64,000 bases of DNA from Tubulanus polymorphus. Its lineage: Eukaryota; Animalia; Nemertea. Each line of letters starts with the position of its first letter. The stretch's first letter is position 1. The notes under the pieces were generated by a model that saw only the letters and a list, made by a program, of their open reading frames with translations, was not told the origin of the DNA and made no database searches. Of the stretch, positions 60,601 through 64,000 are shown piece by piece. Both the position numbers and the translations under genes were made by a program. Location of the stretch: contig NC_134036.1 in NCBI RefSeq assembly GCF_964204645.1, positions 1,302,001 through 1,366,000 on the forward strand, written 5' to 3'.

Positions 60601-62180
60601 TTTAGAAACAGTACATTCTCGTGCACCAGATTCTACTGGAGGAACTGGTACTGGGACCGGTGGCGTTCCCGACCACGAGTTTCAGAGAATCATACGAGGA
60701 AAAAAAAGCAACGCGTCCTGTATCTAGAAACGTGTCTGATAAAATAGAGGAACAATTTCTAGTACGTATTAAGATCGGCCAAAACTAGACGAAGGGTTCG
60801 ATCCTGGCACAAAGTTAGGATGGCAACAATAAAATCAATGACCAAATCGTGTTTCCAAATAGTTTCTCCTTGTTTTTGAGGAAACAATTTTTTCAATGAG
60901 ATTCTATTAATACAGGTATTGAAGGCATCGACTCCGATTCAGGATGAGGAATCACTAGCAGTGGCCAAACTACTCAACAATGTTTACAAGTCCCGATACA
61001 AAGACATCCTTCCCGAGGCACAGTATCAACCGCAACTGTCACATAAAGGGTTCATTAATGCTTCATTTGTGCACGTGAGTTTGATTCTGATTTAATAGCC
61101 ATCCGTAGAATATCCGGGCAGTTTTAGCAGATAGATAATGATAGATTAAAAAAAGATAGATCGATAATTTGCGAAAATCTAATAAGAAGACTTACCTTTT
61201 TACAGACGATCACAGATGCATACCTGTTTATAGCTACACAAAGTCCTCTACAAAAGACAATTAATGATTTCTGGCAAATGATCTTTAAATATAACTGTGA
61301 ACTTATCGTAATGATGCATCAAGAATATCCACAAGATCCGGTAAGGCTTATTCTTAAGTGCAGTACTACCTTATCTTGATATCTCATAAAATACATTTTC
61401 TGATTTCAGACATATGCAAGCTATTGGCCTGGAGTTGGAAGTATCAAATTCGGTCCTTTTACGATCACTGTGGAGGAAGTTTCATTGCCCTGTAAGACCA
61501 TCGTTCGTCGGGATTTGATCCTCCAAAAACAGAATGTATGTTGACTTTTTTTTCGGTAGCTACTTTTCAGAGAAAGATGGCTGCATTTTTCTAAATTTCC
61601 TTTGGCATTGCTATTTACTATGACCTTATTGTTTCTGTAAACGGTATATGTTATATTTCACTACAGGAATCGCGTCGGATTCGTCAGATCCAGTTTTTAG
61701 GATGGCCTGAGGATGAGTCAGTTCCTGATTTACAATATCTATTCGAGTTTGTGAATTTAGTTACAAGAGAACACGTCACAAGTCCTATCGTTGTACACTG
61801 CATGTTCGTATCTTAGCAACAACAGTCAATTATTCAGAAAACATATTCTATAACAATATCACAATATAAAAAGATTATGCAAATTTTACAGGGACAGCAC
61901 AACGAGAGCAGGGCTATTTTGTGCGGCATTTGAATTGATCTCCAAGGCGCCATCTAGTGAACAAATCGACGTTTATCACTGCATACAAAAACTACGAATG
62001 ACTCGACCTCAATTCATTCCAAATTTGGTATGAAATTAATTTCGAAATGTTCTAAAAAAGAAGTGATAGTGTCAATCATTGATAAATCTTTTTTCGTTAT
62101 TATAGGAACAATACAAGTTGCTGCATGACCTTGTGATATTCATCTTCCACGGATTCGACACTTATATGACCCTTAATTAG
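50974..62180 (+). CDS. Gene D: long-form F-type lectin receptor PTP-like pseudophosphatase (SP-EGF-FTL-EGF-FN3x6-MPD-TM-D1-D2)
   Basis: SP MYRERNIFRFSLLL; FTL exons from ~51851 and 52750; six FN3 domains at 53523-56529; RRKR site; TM IIGGVVAAVLIVLLVAVVLFVVW (~57204-57272). D1 [11 protein letters not shown] (GGC at 60303-60305), D2 VHCMDSTTR, ends DTYMTLN*. Confidence 0.88.
51085..51290. repeat. 72-bp x ~3 intronic tandem repeat (gene D intron 1)
   Basis: AAACTCTGTC units start at 51085, 51157 and 51229. One to 1.5 copies occur in intron 1 of genes A and C. Confidence 0.92.
54489..54620. repeat. Interrupted (TA)n microsatellite
   Basis: TA-rich run in the gene D intron that corresponds to the AT-tract intron of gene B. 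Confidence 0.9.
57387..58408. mobile_element. Helitron/Helentron-like non-autonomous element with (GTCC)n and ~150-bp internal tandem repeats
   Basis: ~1-kb insertion in the post-TM intron of gene D that is absent from A and B. (GTCC)n at ~57430-57453, three ~150-bp repeats at ~57918, 58066 and 58220, and a 3' CCTAGT end. Confidence 0.6.
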
Positions 62181-62329
62181 AATTACTACTCGTAAAGAAG
62201 AATTGATGAAGAACAAACATTCTGGTTGTTTTGAAAACGGTACCTAAACTAATTAATACTTAACACTTGAGATCCGGAACTAAAGAGGTCGCATTAACTT
62301 AAGGGTGGCGCCACTAGCTAGAATTCACT

Positions 62330-62475
62330 ATATTATTCTATATTTTACGTTATGTTATACAATTGTAAATACTTCTTGATGTCCCTCTGTATACCTCTCG
62401 TTGAGGTGATGAGTGTAAATAAATTTCAATTTCATTTCAATTTCATTTCAATTTCAATTTCAATTCATTTCATTA
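62330..62475 (+). mobile_element. Probable LINE (CR1/L2-like) 3' tail with (ATTTC/ATTTCA)n
   Basis: Insertion relative to the gene B 3' flank, ending AATAAA followed by TTTCA(A) repeats. Confidence 0.45.
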
Positions 62476-62598
62476 TACTAATTACTAGCAACTGGTCGTT
62501 CGCATTTCCTTTGTTTTAGTTTTTCTTTTGTTTTATACAATATACAAACGGATTTCTTGTATATAAAAATTAACGTACCTTTATACGTAAGACCCTAG

Positions 62599-62745
62599 GA
62601 CCCAGTTCCACAGTTGTGAGTTAGAGTTAACTCTGAACTCAGGATCCAGTTCCACAGTTGTGAGTTAGAGTTAACTCTGAGTTAAAGTTAGTTCATTTTC
62701 AATGTTTTTAACCCAGGGTCAAACTCAGAACTGTGGAACTGGACC
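62599..62745. mobile_element. MITE family 2 copy with a duplicated left end
   Basis: GACCCAGTTCCACAG ... GATCCAGTTCCACAG ... CTGTGGAACTGGACC with TAG on both sides. The empty site CCTTAGGTCTA is at ~41612 in the gene B flank. Confidence 0.85.
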
Positions 62746-63075
62746 TAGGTCTATAAACCCACAAACTGTGGTTTCATTGTGTACATATGTTGTAAGATGC
62801 GTGATACTTTATGATGTACATATAGACAGCTTAAAAGAGAGACAGCTTATAGACATCAACATTATATAGACATGAATCGACAGCTTTTAGTTTAGGCTTT
62901 GAAATAAACTTCGTACATTATAATCAGAACTTTCTCAACGAAAATATCTTCCAATATAAAGAAGACTTGTTTTATAGTATTTTTTCACCTCGATATTAAA
63001 TTTCCTGGTTTTGTTTTTATTTTCTTGTTTAACGTAATCCGTATTATGTTATTTACTGTTTAGTAATTACCCTGG

Positions 63076-63880
63076 TCACATCGTGTATCATCCACTTCCT
63101 TCCCTCACTGTTATCCACCTATCCACCTAATATACATATACACTAGTAAAAGCGAAAACTCGTAATTTCTAGTATAAAATCAAGATAACTACTGGCAGGA
63201 AGTTACCGTAAAATAATTCATAATGACAATGTAATTGTACTGTGATTATCAATTCAGTCACTCTTAATTAATTATCTTTAATTAATCTAATTACTCATAA
63301 TTTTCATCCGGTAAAGTTTCTACTGTATTACACTAGTAGCGAAAACTCGTTATTTCTAGTATAAAATCAAGTTAACTACTCACAGTAAGTTGTTACCTGT
63401 CGTCACGTTTATTGATTATACTCACAGTCCTTATATGAATATAACTGTTAAATTTTAATTTCATAATGAACTCGAATATTGTACATAATCTAGGATAAAA
63501 TATGTAGATTTTACTGATTTGAATTTGATGTTTATTTTTGCACTTAATGTTTTTATTTTTGTCTTGTTTAACAAAAGAAAATTCATTTCCGGAAATACAT
63601 TCGGTGCTTTCTGTTTTATTTTGTTTTGTTTGTTTTATTTTGTTTTGTTCTTGGTTTTTTTACAAAAGGAAAGTCTTTCATGAACTCATAGATTTACTTT
63701 AGAAATAGTTAACCAAAAATACTTCTTTTTCTGAAGTTGAACAAAAGACACGATAAGCCATCTTTGAAATTTCAACAATATGATTTATATGATAAACATT
63801 GGTAACAATGAATTTAGTTTATTAGGAATGGAGTCTTCTTTTGTGGTTGGATCAACACAAAATAATCACGTAGATTATAA
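63076..63880 (+). repeat. Segmental duplicate of the gene A 3' flank (26550-27340; partial copy at 41892-42560)
   Basis: Near-identical run from CACATCGTGTATCATCCACTTCCTTCCC to GTTGGATCAACACAAAATAATCACG. Confidence 0.92.
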
Positions 63881-64000
63881 AGCACGTAATGACTTACGAT
63901 TCCGGGGGTCAGTTGGTTAGAGTTAATCAGGGGATAGTTAACATATCTTTGACCAACTTTTGAGCATTTGTGGCTCATTACATGCTTTAGAATATTGTGG

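Overview
AT-rich, intron-containing animal genomic DNA, most likely from a marine invertebrate (the taxon is an inference from gene content and small introns). The first 17 kb holds repeat-rich non-coding DNA with a cluster of CTCF-like motifs, a tRNA-Thr(AGT), an intronless coiled-coil/beta-propeller (TRIM-NHL-like) ORF, an intronless class A GPCR, several MITEs and a ~410-bp x4 tandem array. From 17.2 to 62.2 kb there is a head-to-tail array of four paralogous multi-exon receptor-type tyrosine phosphatase-like genes (A 17249-25840, B 30165-41377, C 43225-48646 degenerate, D 50974-62180). Their architecture is signal peptide, EGF-like, F-type (fucose-binding) lectin, EGF-like, FN3 x n, membrane-proximal domain, TM, Tyr-rich juxtamembrane region, PTP D1, PTP D2. 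A disrupted Ig-domain transmembrane receptor lies between A and B. In all four paralogues the D1 catalytic Cys is replaced by Gly (HGSAGAGR), so these appear to be lectin-receptor pseudophosphatases. Lectin divergence concentrates in the putative sugar-binding loops. Ectodomains are reshuffled (1 or 2 lectin modules; 2, 4 or 6 FN3). Gene A carries a cytoplasmic 25-aa x14 array giving 16 YxN motifs in one exon, versus 1, 1 and 0 in the matching exon of B, C and D. Together this looks like a rapidly diversifying glycan-recognition (immune or allorecognition-type) receptor locus. Exon models were built by eye and no database searches were run.
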